Origin: an uncultured Chloroflexia bacterium
GTDB lineage: Bacteria; Chloroflexota; Limnocylindria; Limnocylindrales; CSP1-4
Direction of reading: 5' to 3'
DNA: 64,000 bases
NCBI GenBank assembly: GCA_963744095.1
Contig: CAVUSH010000003.1
Coordinates: forward strand, 1,162 to 65,161
A model generated the notes under the pieces. It saw only the letters and a program-made list of their open reading frames with translations, was not told where the DNA came from and made no database searches. This document shows, in pieces, positions 18,616-26,824 of the stretch. Made by a program: the position numbers and the translations under genes. Each line of letters begins with the position of its first letter. Positions within the stretch are counted from its first letter, which is position 1.

Positions 18616-20112
18616 TCACTCCAACCGCGTGGCGAAAGGACGGCGCTCGCCCGTCCGGCCCCGATCGACCCGGCCGCGGGGCGAGGCCAGGAACTCCCTC
18701 ATGATGCGGCCCGCCTCGGGATGCGAGAAGAGGGGGACGTGGGACATGCCGGCGAAGACGATGACCTGGGAATTCCTGAGTAGCGACGCCGTTCTCCGGC
18801 CCCAGGAGACGGGCGTGTCGGGATCGAATTCCCCGGCGGCGACGAGGACCGGGACATCGCTGCGGACCGGATGGTTCTCCTTCGCCGCTGGCCTCCCGGG
18901 CGGCCAGACGCGCAGGGCTTCCAAGGGGACGGCCGTCTGGACGAACCGGGACAGCTCGGGCGGCAGCCCCGACGGCCGCAGGATCCGCTCCGGCCGTTCA
19001 AAGGGGAACTCCTCGGCGCACCAGACTGCCAGCCGCGCCCCCCAGGCGTAGCCTTGTGAGGACCCGAGGTAGGCCTCGACGAGAGGGGCCAGGATCTCCG
19101 TCCGTCCCCGGCAGGCTTCGTCGACGATCAACGGCAGGCGCGGGATCGTCGCGGCGTCTTCGAGCCCGGCGTAGACGCAGTTCATGACGCCGGCAGCGTC
19201 CAGCCGGACGGAGATGGGACGCCCGTCGACGGGGTCCTTCAAGGCCACATCGATCGGACGGAGATTGGCCGCTTCGAGAAAACGCCGCCAGCGCCCGTCG
19301 AAGCCTTCGAGCCGCGCCTGCAACGGCTGGTTTTCCCGCGCGGCGGCCATGAGCCTTCGGAAGACTTCGAGGATGTTGGCCGGCGCCTCCTCGTCCCAGT
19401 CGGCTTCGAGGGGCAGGACGGAGTCGAGAATGACCGCGCGGACCCCCTCCGGAGCGTCGCGCAGTACGGTGAGCATGATCTTGGTGCTGTAGGAGCTGCC
19501 ATAGAGATCCCAGGACGCGATGCCCAGGAGTCGCCGCAGGTCGGCGATGTCCGTGGCACTCTCCCGGGTCGTGTATCCGGACAATTCGACACCCCGGTTC
19601 TCGTATTCGCTAAGGGTCTTGCTCAGGGCCTTCCGGACCGCGGCCGGATCGGGGTCTCCGTTGAGGCGAACGCCCCAGCCCGAACGCAGCGCTTCGGCGA
19701 TCCGGGGGGCGGTCAGGGCGGGCTTTGCGAAACGTGTGCCGCGCTGCTCCAGCAGGATCACGTCCCGGTCCTCGAGCAGGGGGTCGCGCGCCCGGTTCCG
19801 GACGCGCCCGAGGATGCTGCCTCCTGGCCCTCCCGCGGAGATGAGCACCGGATCCGGGCTGGGCGAGCCGGAGCGGCTCTTGATGATGACGAAAGGCAGC
19901 CGGATCGTCCTCGCGACCCGGGATCTGCGGCTTTCCGGGACCACGAGATATCCCGTCCGAAGGTCCGGGCTCTGCGGAACGACGGACTGGTCGAGATCGG
20001 CCCATTCGATCTGGGCGACCGCCGGCCCCACGGTCGCCGCGGCCGGGCCGCGGGCCGCCGGCCAAAGCACGGAAACGGCCAGAATGACGCAGCCCGTCGC
20101 GTTCCGTATCAT
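18616..20112 (-). CDS. secreted alpha/beta hydrolase (S33 tripeptidyl/prolyl aminopeptidase-like)
   Basis: ORF 18616..20112 with signal peptide, ISAGGPGGS oxyanion region and a DLYGSSYST nucleophile-elbow-like motif. Confidence 0.7.
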   Translation of the reverse strand: MIRNATGCVILAVSVLWPAARGPAAATVGPAVAQIEWADLDQSVVPQSPDLRTGYLVVPESRRSRVARTIRLPFVIIKSRSGSPSPDPVLISAGGPGGSILGRVRNRARDPLLEDRDVILLEQRGTRFAKPALTAPRIAEALRSGWGVRLNGDPDPAAVRKALSKTLSEYENRGVELSGYTTRESATDIADLRRLLGIASWDLYGSSYSTKIMLTVLRDAPEGVRAVILDSVLPLEADWDEEAPANILEVFRRLMAAARENQPLQARLEGFDGRWRRFLEAANLRPIDVALKDPVDGRPISVRLDAAGVMNCVYAGLEDAATIPRLPLIVDEACRGRTEILAPLVEAYLGSSQGYAWGARLAVWCAEEFPFERPERILRPSGLPPELSRFVQTAVPLEALRVWPPGRPAAKENHPVRSDVPVLVAAGEFDPDTPVSWGRRTASLLRNSQVIVFAGMSHVPLFSHPEAGRIMREFLASPRGRVDRGRTGERRPFATRLE

Positions 20113-20221
20113 GGGACTCCTCGCCCAGCATAGCAGAACTCGGCCGGGCCCAACAGTCGTCCATCCGCTCCGCTCTCAGGGCCCTGCGGGCCACGCCCCG
20201 GGCGTGGTATAATGGCCGGAA

Positions 20222-20638
20222 ATGCAGGTCCGCAAAATCAGACCGGGGCAAGCCGCTCCCGCCGTAGAACTCGCCCGGAAGCTGGGACTCGACTATCCCG
20301 GAATGGAAGCCGATCCGCTCTGGATCGCTGAGGACGAGGGCGAAACGATCGGTCTTGTCGCCCTCAGGACGCACCCCGATTGCCTCGAGCTCTGCGCCCT
20401 CGGCGTCCATCCCCGGTTCCAGGGGAAGGGCGTCGGCAGGGCCCTGGTCGAGGCCCTGATGGCCGAGGTGCCAGGCGACATCCATCTGGCCACGATCATT
20501 CCCGGATTCTTCGAGAGCCGCGGCTTCCAGATTATTGAGGAAGCGATCCCCGCGACCTTCCCGGCCAAGCGCCGGACCGCGTGGTGCCAGGGCTGTCCCC
20601 AGGAGCGCTGCACGGTAATGTCGAGAAAGAAACAGTGA
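20222..20638 (+). CDS. GNAT-family N-acetyltransferase with Cys-rich tail
   Basis: ORF 20222..20638. Acetyl-CoA motif HPRFQGKGVGRALVEAL. C-terminal CQGCPQERC. Confidence 0.75.
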   Translation: MQVRKIRPGQAAPAVELARKLGLDYPGMEADPLWIAEDEGETIGLVALRTHPDCLELCALGVHPRFQGKGVGRALVEALMAEVPGDIHLATIIPGFFESRGFQIIEEAIPATFPAKRRTAWCQGCPQERCTVMSRKKQ

Positions 20639-21513
20639 GCCGGCCCGCCTTTCCCGATTTCAAGCCCGTCGGTCTCGAGGACCAGGACGTCTTCAAGGAG
20701 TACTTCGAAGCGTCGCCTTCGGAGGTCTGCGAGCTCAATTTCGCCAACATCTTCATGTGGAAGGACTCCGAGCACCCGAGCTGGACCATCCTCAACGGCA
20801 GCCTGTGCATCCTCGTGGAGCCCGATTTCGAGGATCCGTACATTCTGCCGCCGGTCGGGGGAGAGCGCCTCTCCGAAACGGTCTCGGCCTGCCTGCGGCA
20901 CGCCCCGCGCCTGTCTCGCGTCCCCGAGAGCTTCGTCGCGCGGTTCGGCGCCGGCTTCAGGGTCGAGGAGGACCCCGGTAACTTCGACTACGTCTATCTC
21001 CGCCGGGAGCTGGCCGAGCTCAAGGGCAAGAAGTTCGACGGCAAGCGCAACCGCATCAGGAAGTTCGAATCGACCTTCGCCCACCAATACCACGCCCTGA
21101 CGCGGGCCGACGTCCCCGGCTGCTTCCGGCTGCTCGAGGACTGGTTCGAGGAGAAGAGGAACGGCGACCCCTACATGAAGGCCGAGAAGGTGGCCATCGT
21201 CCAGGCACTGGCCTCGTTCGAGCGCCTCGGTCTCAAGGGCGGAGTCGTCAAGGTCGGCGGCCGCGTCGAGGCTTTCACGATGGGCGGGCGCCTGACCGCC
21301 GACATGGCCGTCATCCCCATCGAGATCGCCAATCCCGGCCTCGTCGGCCTGGCCCAGTGGATCAACCGCGAATTTGCGTGCCGGGAATGGTCCGACTCGA
21401 CGTTCATCAACCGGGAACAGGACATGAATATCGAAGGCCTGCGGAAGGCGAAACTGTCCTACCAGCCCGTGCGGCTGGTCAGGAAATACAACCTCTCGCT
21501 TATCAGGCCATAA
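20635..21513 (+). CDS. stand-alone DUF2156 domain protein (homologous to the C-terminal transferase domain of aminoacyl-phosphatidylglycerol synthases)
   Basis: ORF track 20581..21513. GTG 20635-20637 overlaps the GNAT TGA (GTGA). FANIFMWKD..., DGKRNRIRKF and VIPIEIANP resemble the DUF2156 family. No membrane domain. Confidence 0.7.
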   Translation: MSRPAFPDFKPVGLEDQDVFKEYFEASPSEVCELNFANIFMWKDSEHPSWTILNGSLCILVEPDFEDPYILPPVGGERLSETVSACLRHAPRLSRVPESFVARFGAGFRVEEDPGNFDYVYLRRELAELKGKKFDGKRNRIRKFESTFAHQYHALTRADVPGCFRLLEDWFEEKRNGDPYMKAEKVAIVQALASFERLGLKGGVVKVGGRVEAFTMGGRLTADMAVIPIEIANPGLVGLAQWINREFACREWSDSTFINREQDMNIEGLRKAKLSYQPVRLVRKYNLSLIRP

Positions 21514-22480
21514 GGCTGCAGATGGCGGCGACGTTGACCATGTCGTCGGCCGAGCAGCCGCGGCTGAGGTCGCAGTAGGGCTTGTTGAGCCCCTGGACGA
21601 TGGGCCCGACGGCCTCGGCCCCGGCCAGCCGCTCCGTCAACTTGTAGCCGATGTTGCCGGCGTCGAGGTCGGGGAAGATGAGGACGTTGGCTTTGCCGGC
21701 GACAAGACTGCCTTTGAACTTGCGCTCGCCGATCGAAGGGATAAGGGCGGCGTCGGCCTGCATCTCGCCGTCGAGAAGGAGATTGGGGGCCTTCTCCTTG
21801 GCGATCTTGGTGGCGCTGACGACCTTGTCGACGTCGGCGTGGGCGGCTGACCCCTTGGTCGAAAAAGACAGCATGGCCACCCGCGGCTCCTCGCCGGTCA
21901 CGGCCTGGAAGTTCTTGGCCGACGTGATGGCGATATCGGCCAGCTGGGCGTCGGTCGGGTTGGGGACGACGGCGCAGTCGGCGTAGCAGAGAAGCCTCTC
22001 GGGGAAGACCATGATGAAGTAGCTCGAGACGGTCGAGATGCCCGGCGCCGTGCCGACGGTGTGAATGGCGGCCCGGATGACGTCGCCGGTCGAGGAGAGG
22101 TTGCCGCCGACGACGGCCCCGACCTTGCCGGTCGTGAGCAGAAGGCCGGCATAATAGAGCGGGCTCTTGGCCGCCTCGGCGGCCTGTTCGAGCGTCCAGC
22201 CCTTAGCCTTGCGCTTCTCGAAAAGGAGGCTGACGAGCTCGTCCCGGCCCGGGTCGGTCATCGGGTCGACGATAGGAATGCCGCCGATGTCGAGGCCGTT
22301 GTCCTTGGCGATCGCATGGATCGCCGCGGACGGCCCGACCAAGCGGGGCTCGGCGATGCGCTTTTCCCTCAGGATCAGGGCCGCCTTGATGGTCCGGACG
22401 TCTTCGGCGTCGGGGAAGGCGACCTTGAGGAATTTCTTCGCGGCTTTGGCGCGGATGTCGGAGATGAATGTGTTGCCCAT
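21503..22480 (-). CDS. pta: phosphate acetyltransferase (short form)
   Basis: ORF 21503..22480. Pta-like throughout (LLDGEMQADAAL, GPIVQGLNKPYCDLSRGCS). Its 3' end overlaps the convergent DUF2156 gene by 11 nt. Confidence 0.9.
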   Translation of the reverse strand: MGNTFISDIRAKAAKKFLKVAFPDAEDVRTIKAALILREKRIAEPRLVGPSAAIHAIAKDNGLDIGGIPIVDPMTDPGRDELVSLLFEKRKAKGWTLEQAAEAAKSPLYYAGLLLTTGKVGAVVGGNLSSTGDVIRAAIHTVGTAPGISTVSSYFIMVFPERLLCYADCAVVPNPTDAQLADIAITSAKNFQAVTGEEPRVAMLSFSTKGSAAHADVDKVVSATKIAKEKAPNLLLDGEMQADAALIPSIGERKFKGSLVAGKANVLIFPDLDAGNIGYKLTERLAGAEAVGPIVQGLNKPYCDLSRGCSADDMVNVAAICSLMA

Positions 22481-22556
22481 GGGTGCTCCTTATCGATGAT
22501 CAGGACAGATAGCGTTTATACCCCACGGGCTTCAAGACTGTCAACCCCGCTGCGCC

Positions 22557-22585
22557 TTGACTTTTCCCCCCGGGCGAGGGAAAAT
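22557..22585 (+). promoter_or_regulatory. promoter candidate for ackA
   Basis: TTGACT (22557-22562), 17 nt, GAAAAT (22580-22585). AAGGAG RBS before ATG 22648. Confidence 0.4.
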
Positions 22586-22647
22586 GGGGCTTAAAAAAAT
22601 CGGCCCATTTTCCGGCCGATGGACCAAGGAATCTTAAGGAGTCATCG

Positions 22648-23994
22648 ATGATCATTCTTTCCCTGAACTGCGGCAGTTCGTCCGCCAAATACCGCCTCTA
22701 CGACTACGATAAGAAGGAGACGCTGGCCACGGGCATCGTCGAGCGCGTCGGCATCGGCAAGAGCTACATCCAGCAGTCCGGCCTCGGCCGCGAGCCGATC
22801 AAGTTCGATCATGAGTGCGCCAACCACAAGGAAGCCATCAAGCTGATCATCGACACCCTTCTCGATCCCAAGATCGGCGTCATGGACGACCTGAAGGAGA
22901 TCTCGGCCGTCGGCCACCGCGTCGTCCACGGCGGCGAGAAGTTCACGAAATCGGTCCAGATCACACCGGAGACGCTGGCGACCTTCAAGAGCCTCTACGG
23001 CCTGGCCCCCCTGCACAACCCGCCGAACGTCCTGGGCATCGAGGCGGCCATGGACGTCCTGCCGGACGTGCCTCACGTCGCCATCATGGACACGGCCTGG
23101 CATCAGACGATGCCCTCGAGCTCCTACATGTACGCCCTGCCCTACGAGTGGTATGAGAAGTACGGCGTCCGCCGCTACGGCTTCCATGGGACCTCGTTCC
23201 TGTACGTGGCCAAGCGGGCCGCCCTGCTCCTGGGCAAGGACCCGTTCGCGTGCAACCTCGTCTGCCTCCACATCGGCAACGGCGTCTCGGCGAATGCCAT
23301 CAAGAACGGCGTCTCTTTCGACACCAGCATGGGCCTGACGCCCCTCGAGGGCCTGGTCATGGGCACGCGGTCCGGCGACCATGACGCGGCGATCGATCTG
23401 ATGGTCATGGAGAAGGAGGGGATCGCCCCGGGCAAGATGAGCGACATCCTCAACAAGAAGTCGGGCCTGCTCGGCATCACCGGCAAGTACACCGACCGCA
23501 GGGACGTCCAGAAGGCCGCCGAGGCGGGCGACGCCCGGGCCAAGCTGGCCATCGAGGTCGAGTCCTACCGGATCAAGAAGTACATCGGGGCCTATTCCGC
23601 GGCCATCGGCGGCGCGGACGCCGTCGTCTTCACGGCCGGCGTCGGCGAGATGTCCGACCTCATCCGGGAGAAGTCGTGCGAAGGACTGGAGTTCATGGGC
23701 ATCAAGCTCGACAAGGCCAAGAACAAGCTGGCCAGGACCCGCAACGCCGAGACCGAGATCTCGGCCGACGACTCCAAGGTCAAGATCTTCGTCATCCCGA
23801 CCGACGAGGAGCGGGTCAACATCGAGGACGTCATCGCCATCCTCGAGGGCAAGTACGACGAACACACCCACTTCACCTATCGCTTCCAGTCGCCCGATTA
23901 CGTCAACTCGCAGCGCGAGCAGGATTTCGTCAAGGAGTGCGAGGCCAAGCCGGGGCTCAAGGCGATCCAGGTCAAGCCCAAGAAGCGCACATAA
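22648..23994 (+). CDS. ackA: acetate kinase with an extra C-terminal tail of about 45 aa
   Basis: ORF 22648..23994. MIILSLNCGSSSAKY, HRVVHGG, GFHGTS, HIGNG, TAGVGE and VIPTDEE motifs. Divergent from pta. Confidence 0.92.
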   Translation: MIILSLNCGSSSAKYRLYDYDKKETLATGIVERVGIGKSYIQQSGLGREPIKFDHECANHKEAIKLIIDTLLDPKIGVMDDLKEISAVGHRVVHGGEKFTKSVQITPETLATFKSLYGLAPLHNPPNVLGIEAAMDVLPDVPHVAIMDTAWHQTMPSSSYMYALPYEWYEKYGVRRYGFHGTSFLYVAKRAALLLGKDPFACNLVCLHIGNGVSANAIKNGVSFDTSMGLTPLEGLVMGTRSGDHDAAIDLMVMEKEGIAPGKMSDILNKKSGLLGITGKYTDRRDVQKAAEAGDARAKLAIEVESYRIKKYIGAYSAAIGGADAVVFTAGVGEMSDLIREKSCEGLEFMGIKLDKAKNKLARTRNAETEISADDSKVKIFVIPTDEERVNIEDVIAILEGKYDEHTHFTYRFQSPDYVNSQREQDFVKECEAKPGLKAIQVKPKKRT

Positions 23995-24024
23995 ACGACT
24001 GACGCTGCATGGGGCCTCGGGGAT

Positions 24025-24075
24025 AGCCCGAAGGAACTCGCCCTGCTACGCTCGGGGTATTCCTTCCGTCGGGCT
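24025..24075 (+). terminator. imperfect hairpin 30 nt after the ackA stop
   Basis: AGCCCGAAGGAA (24025-24036) pairs with TTCCTTC(cgtc)GGGCT (24060-24075). Only a short T-run follows. Confidence 0.35.
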
Positions 24076-24108
24076 TTGGGGTGGCTCAGAGGCCAATCTC
24101 TCCCTCCT

Positions 24109-24252
24109 GGGAAAGTTTGAAGACGCCGGTCCGTGCGCCGGACTCAGCGCCAAAACAACTCGCTCGGCGTGCGCTACGCCTCGCTCAGACACGTTTTGGC
24201 GGTTTCCACTGAAACTGCCCTCGTCCGTCACGCGGCCCGGCTAAACTTTCCC
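24109..24252. other. nested inverted repeats forming a long irregular hairpin of about 145 nt in a 400-bp convergent intergenic region
   Basis: GGGAAAGTTT (24109-24118) pairs with AAACTTTCCC (24243-24252). CGCCAAAAC (24148-24156) pairs with GTTTTGGCG (24193-24201). GGCGT (24166-24170) pairs with ACGCC (24176-24180). Further short pairs lie between these. Confidence 0.5.
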
Positions 24253-24402
24253 AATGTCGGATTCGACTGCCCTCCTCGCCACCCTTATACACCCTTCGCC
24301 AGAAACTCTTGAGCGTGGGAGGCGAATTCCTTTCCACCCTGACCCTTGGGCCTGACATAGGGCAGCCGATCTGATGCGCTTGCGGGGGGCTCGAGCTGGT
24401 CG

Positions 24403-25506
24403 CTATTTCCAATCATTGATGACGGCCAGAATGAGGTCCGAAAGGGCTTCGAGGTCGCGGCGGTCGATCTTCTCGATGAGCGAGTGGGCGTAGGACCCGG
24501 GCCAGGACAGGGGGATGTCGATCGCGCCGCCGGCGAGGAAGACCGAGCCGTCGTTGCCGCCGCGGGAATTGCCGACCTGGATCGGGATCATCCGCTTTCT
24601 GGCGATGGCCAGGACCTTGAGGATCTCGGGCTTGGGCGTGACGTTGCTCGTGTCGATGGCCCGGACGACCGCTCCCTTGCCGACGGGAAGATAGCCGAAG
24701 CGCTTCGACTCGAGGGGCGAGTCGGTCGAGACGAACGTGTCGATGGCGAAGACGTAATCCGGCTTCAGGGTCTTGGCCAGCTCCGAGGCGCCGAAGAGCC
24801 CCGTTTCCTCCTGGACGTCCCAAGCGAAGGTGATCGTCCGGCCCTTGACCGTCTCCGGCTTGAGGCGCAGGGCCGCATCGAGGAGGGCGGCGCAGCCGGC
24901 CCGGTCGTCAACGGCCCTGGTCGCCATGAGCCCCGGCGAGAAATCGGTGATGGTCTTCTTCGCCGTGATCGTGTCGCCCTCGGCGACGCCGAGCGTCCGG
25001 GCTTCCGCCTCGGTCGCGACGCCGAGATAGATGTCGAAGGCCTCGGCGGTGAACGGCGTTTCTTTGGGGGCCTCGCCTTGCGGCGGACGCTCGTCGTAAC
25101 CCGGGCGCGGCGATACGATCCCGGCGACATCGCCCTTGGCGGTGTGGATGAGGACCGGCCGCGCCTCGATCGTCTGCGGCAGGATGCCGCCGCCCGGCTT
25201 GACCCGGACGCGGCCTTCCGGAGTGATCTTGTCGATCGTCCAGCCGAGCTCGTCCGAATGCGCGACGAACAGGATATGAGGGCGGCCCGACCCGACGGTG
25301 AACCAGACGTTATTCATGCCGTCGCGCTCGGACTTGAGCCCTGCGGGCAGCCGGCCCTGGATGAAATCGGACACGGGCCCTTCGTGCCCCGAAACGCCGG
25401 GCACAAGGACGATCTCACGAAGGAGGTCCCAGGCTTTCGATTGGGCCGCCGCCGTGGAGACGGAGACGAGAAGAGTCAGGACGGAGATGACCGCCTGCTT
25501 TTTCAC
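24403..25506 (-). CDS. M42-family (TET/FrvX-like) aminopeptidase with N-terminal signal peptide
   Basis: ORF 24403..25506. GTG start overlaps the upstream TGA (GTGA). MKKQAVISVLTLLVSVSTAAAQ. Metal-ligand motifs AHSDELG, DDRAGC, QEETGLFGA and YAHS are all present. Confidence 0.8.
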   Translation of the reverse strand: MKKQAVISVLTLLVSVSTAAAQSKAWDLLREIVLVPGVSGHEGPVSDFIQGRLPAGLKSERDGMNNVWFTVGSGRPHILFVAHSDELGWTIDKITPEGRVRVKPGGGILPQTIEARPVLIHTAKGDVAGIVSPRPGYDERPPQGEAPKETPFTAEAFDIYLGVATEAEARTLGVAEGDTITAKKTITDFSPGLMATRAVDDRAGCAALLDAALRLKPETVKGRTITFAWDVQEETGLFGASELAKTLKPDYVFAIDTFVSTDSPLESKRFGYLPVGKGAVVRAIDTSNVTPKPEILKVLAIARKRMIPIQVGNSRGGNDGSVFLAGGAIDIPLSWPGSYAHSLIEKIDRRDLEALSDLILAVINDWK

Positions 25507-26621
25507 TTCTCACCTCCCGGCCGGAGAAATCGTTCCAGGATGCCGCACAAGGCCTCCAGGTCCCTGAGAGCGACGACCTCGGATGGCGTATTGAGGAAGC
25601 GGACCGGCAGGGCCAGCGTCACAACCTCCTCCGGCGGGCCCGCGAACGGCAAGGCCAACGGCGAATCGGGCGCGGCCCGGAACTGCAGGGGAGCTCCAGC
25701 CGCTGCGGCGGCCGCCTCGACCGCCTGTCGCAGCGCGGACGGCTCATCCTTGGCTTGGACGAGGACCGGACCGCTTCCGGGGACGGGGAAGCCGGCGCCT
25801 TGGCCCGCGGCGACGAGGTCGACGACGATCGTCCTCTTTGGCTGCCATCTCGACCTGGCGCGTGCCGCGCCGACGGCCGGGCGCGCGCCGCGGCCTCGGG
25901 CCCCGAACTTCGTCTGGGCCGCCCAGGCCAGGACGGTCTCTTCGCCGCCCGCCCGTCCGGCCAGGTTCTCGAGCACGGAAACGAGGCACGCCGCGGCCGC
26001 CTTTACTCCGAGCGACGGCCCGGCCCACTGGGCGCCGGCGAGCTCCGTCAGAACAGCCGGATATGTGACCGGATCGAGGAACTCGACGCCCCTGGCCCGC
26101 GCCTCCTGCTCGGACCTTGCGCCGATATCGACATAAGCGATCTCCAGCGAGAATCCCTCGACCTGGGTCCTGCGCCGCTCCGGGGTGAGGAGATGGATCG
26201 CGGGCTGCGAAACGACGCCTCGGACAGGTCCTTTCGCGGTCGAGACGATGACCGCCTGGCCGAGGAGAAAGGCGTCGAACCGGGCGTGAGGCGGCGGCAC
26301 CGGCCGGTCGAGCGTCAGGTACCCTTCCGGCGTGATTCCGCTGATCATATGCCCGTAGCCGTCGAGGGCGGCGAGGACGAGAGTCGGACCCGGAGTGCCG
26401 CCGAGCCGGACGGCGATCGTGCCCAAACCCGCGTCGTCGACCGCGAGGCCCTTGGGTAAGAGCCCCCGGATCTTCGCGGCGAGCGCCTCCTCGTTCCCCG
26501 TCGTCGACGGAACCGCGAAAAGCTCTTTTGTCAGGGTCTTGAGGTCCGCGGCTCCGGCCGCCGCGACCAGGCCTGTCAGCGCCAGCGCCACGGCCGATGT
26601 TCTTAACGCGCGATACGCCAT
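25503..26621 (-). CDS. M42-like paralog that appears to lack the metal-binding residues (probable pseudo-peptidase)
   Basis: ORF 25503..26669. ATG 26619-26621 (MAYRALRTSAVALALTGLVAAAGA) with GGGAGAGG RBS. Positions aligned by eye read AALDGYG, PSLGVKAAAAC and AAQTKFGARG instead of HxDE, DDRxG and QEE. Confidence 0.65.
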   Translation of the reverse strand: MAYRALRTSAVALALTGLVAAAGAADLKTLTKELFAVPSTTGNEEALAAKIRGLLPKGLAVDDAGLGTIAVRLGGTPGPTLVLAALDGYGHMISGITPEGYLTLDRPVPPPHARFDAFLLGQAVIVSTAKGPVRGVVSQPAIHLLTPERRRTQVEGFSLEIAYVDIGARSEQEARARGVEFLDPVTYPAVLTELAGAQWAGPSLGVKAAAACLVSVLENLAGRAGGEETVLAWAAQTKFGARGRGARPAVGAARARSRWQPKRTIVVDLVAAGQGAGFPVPGSGPVLVQAKDEPSALRQAVEAAAAAAGAPLQFRAAPDSPLALPFAGPPEEVVTLALPVRFLNTPSEVVALRDLEALCGILERFLRPGGEK

Positions 26622-26824
26622 TCGCCTCTCCCTTCTTTTTCCGATTCCCCGAGCTATACCCATTAACATAGGACTGACCTATGGTCAAACTCAAAAGGGG
26701 ACAATCCTAAGAGGGGAGGTCCTTCTCGGTTTGGCAGTCCCTCTTAGGGCAGGCCCAACTTGACGTCAAAGGGCCCATTCCTTTTAAACGGGATTTTCGT
26801 TATGATGAAAGAAAGGGCGATCGC

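Noticed and set aside
24109-24252. Calling the long hairpin a 6S RNA gene
   Set aside because: Only the gross shape fits. I cannot show the central bubble or conserved 6S features, and there is no promoter evidence. It is left as an unclassified structured element.
24046-24412. Minus-strand ORFs 24046..24231 and 24185..24412 in the ackA/M42 spacer
   Set aside because: There is no RBS, the composition is odd, and they overlap the nested hairpins. The region is treated as non-coding.
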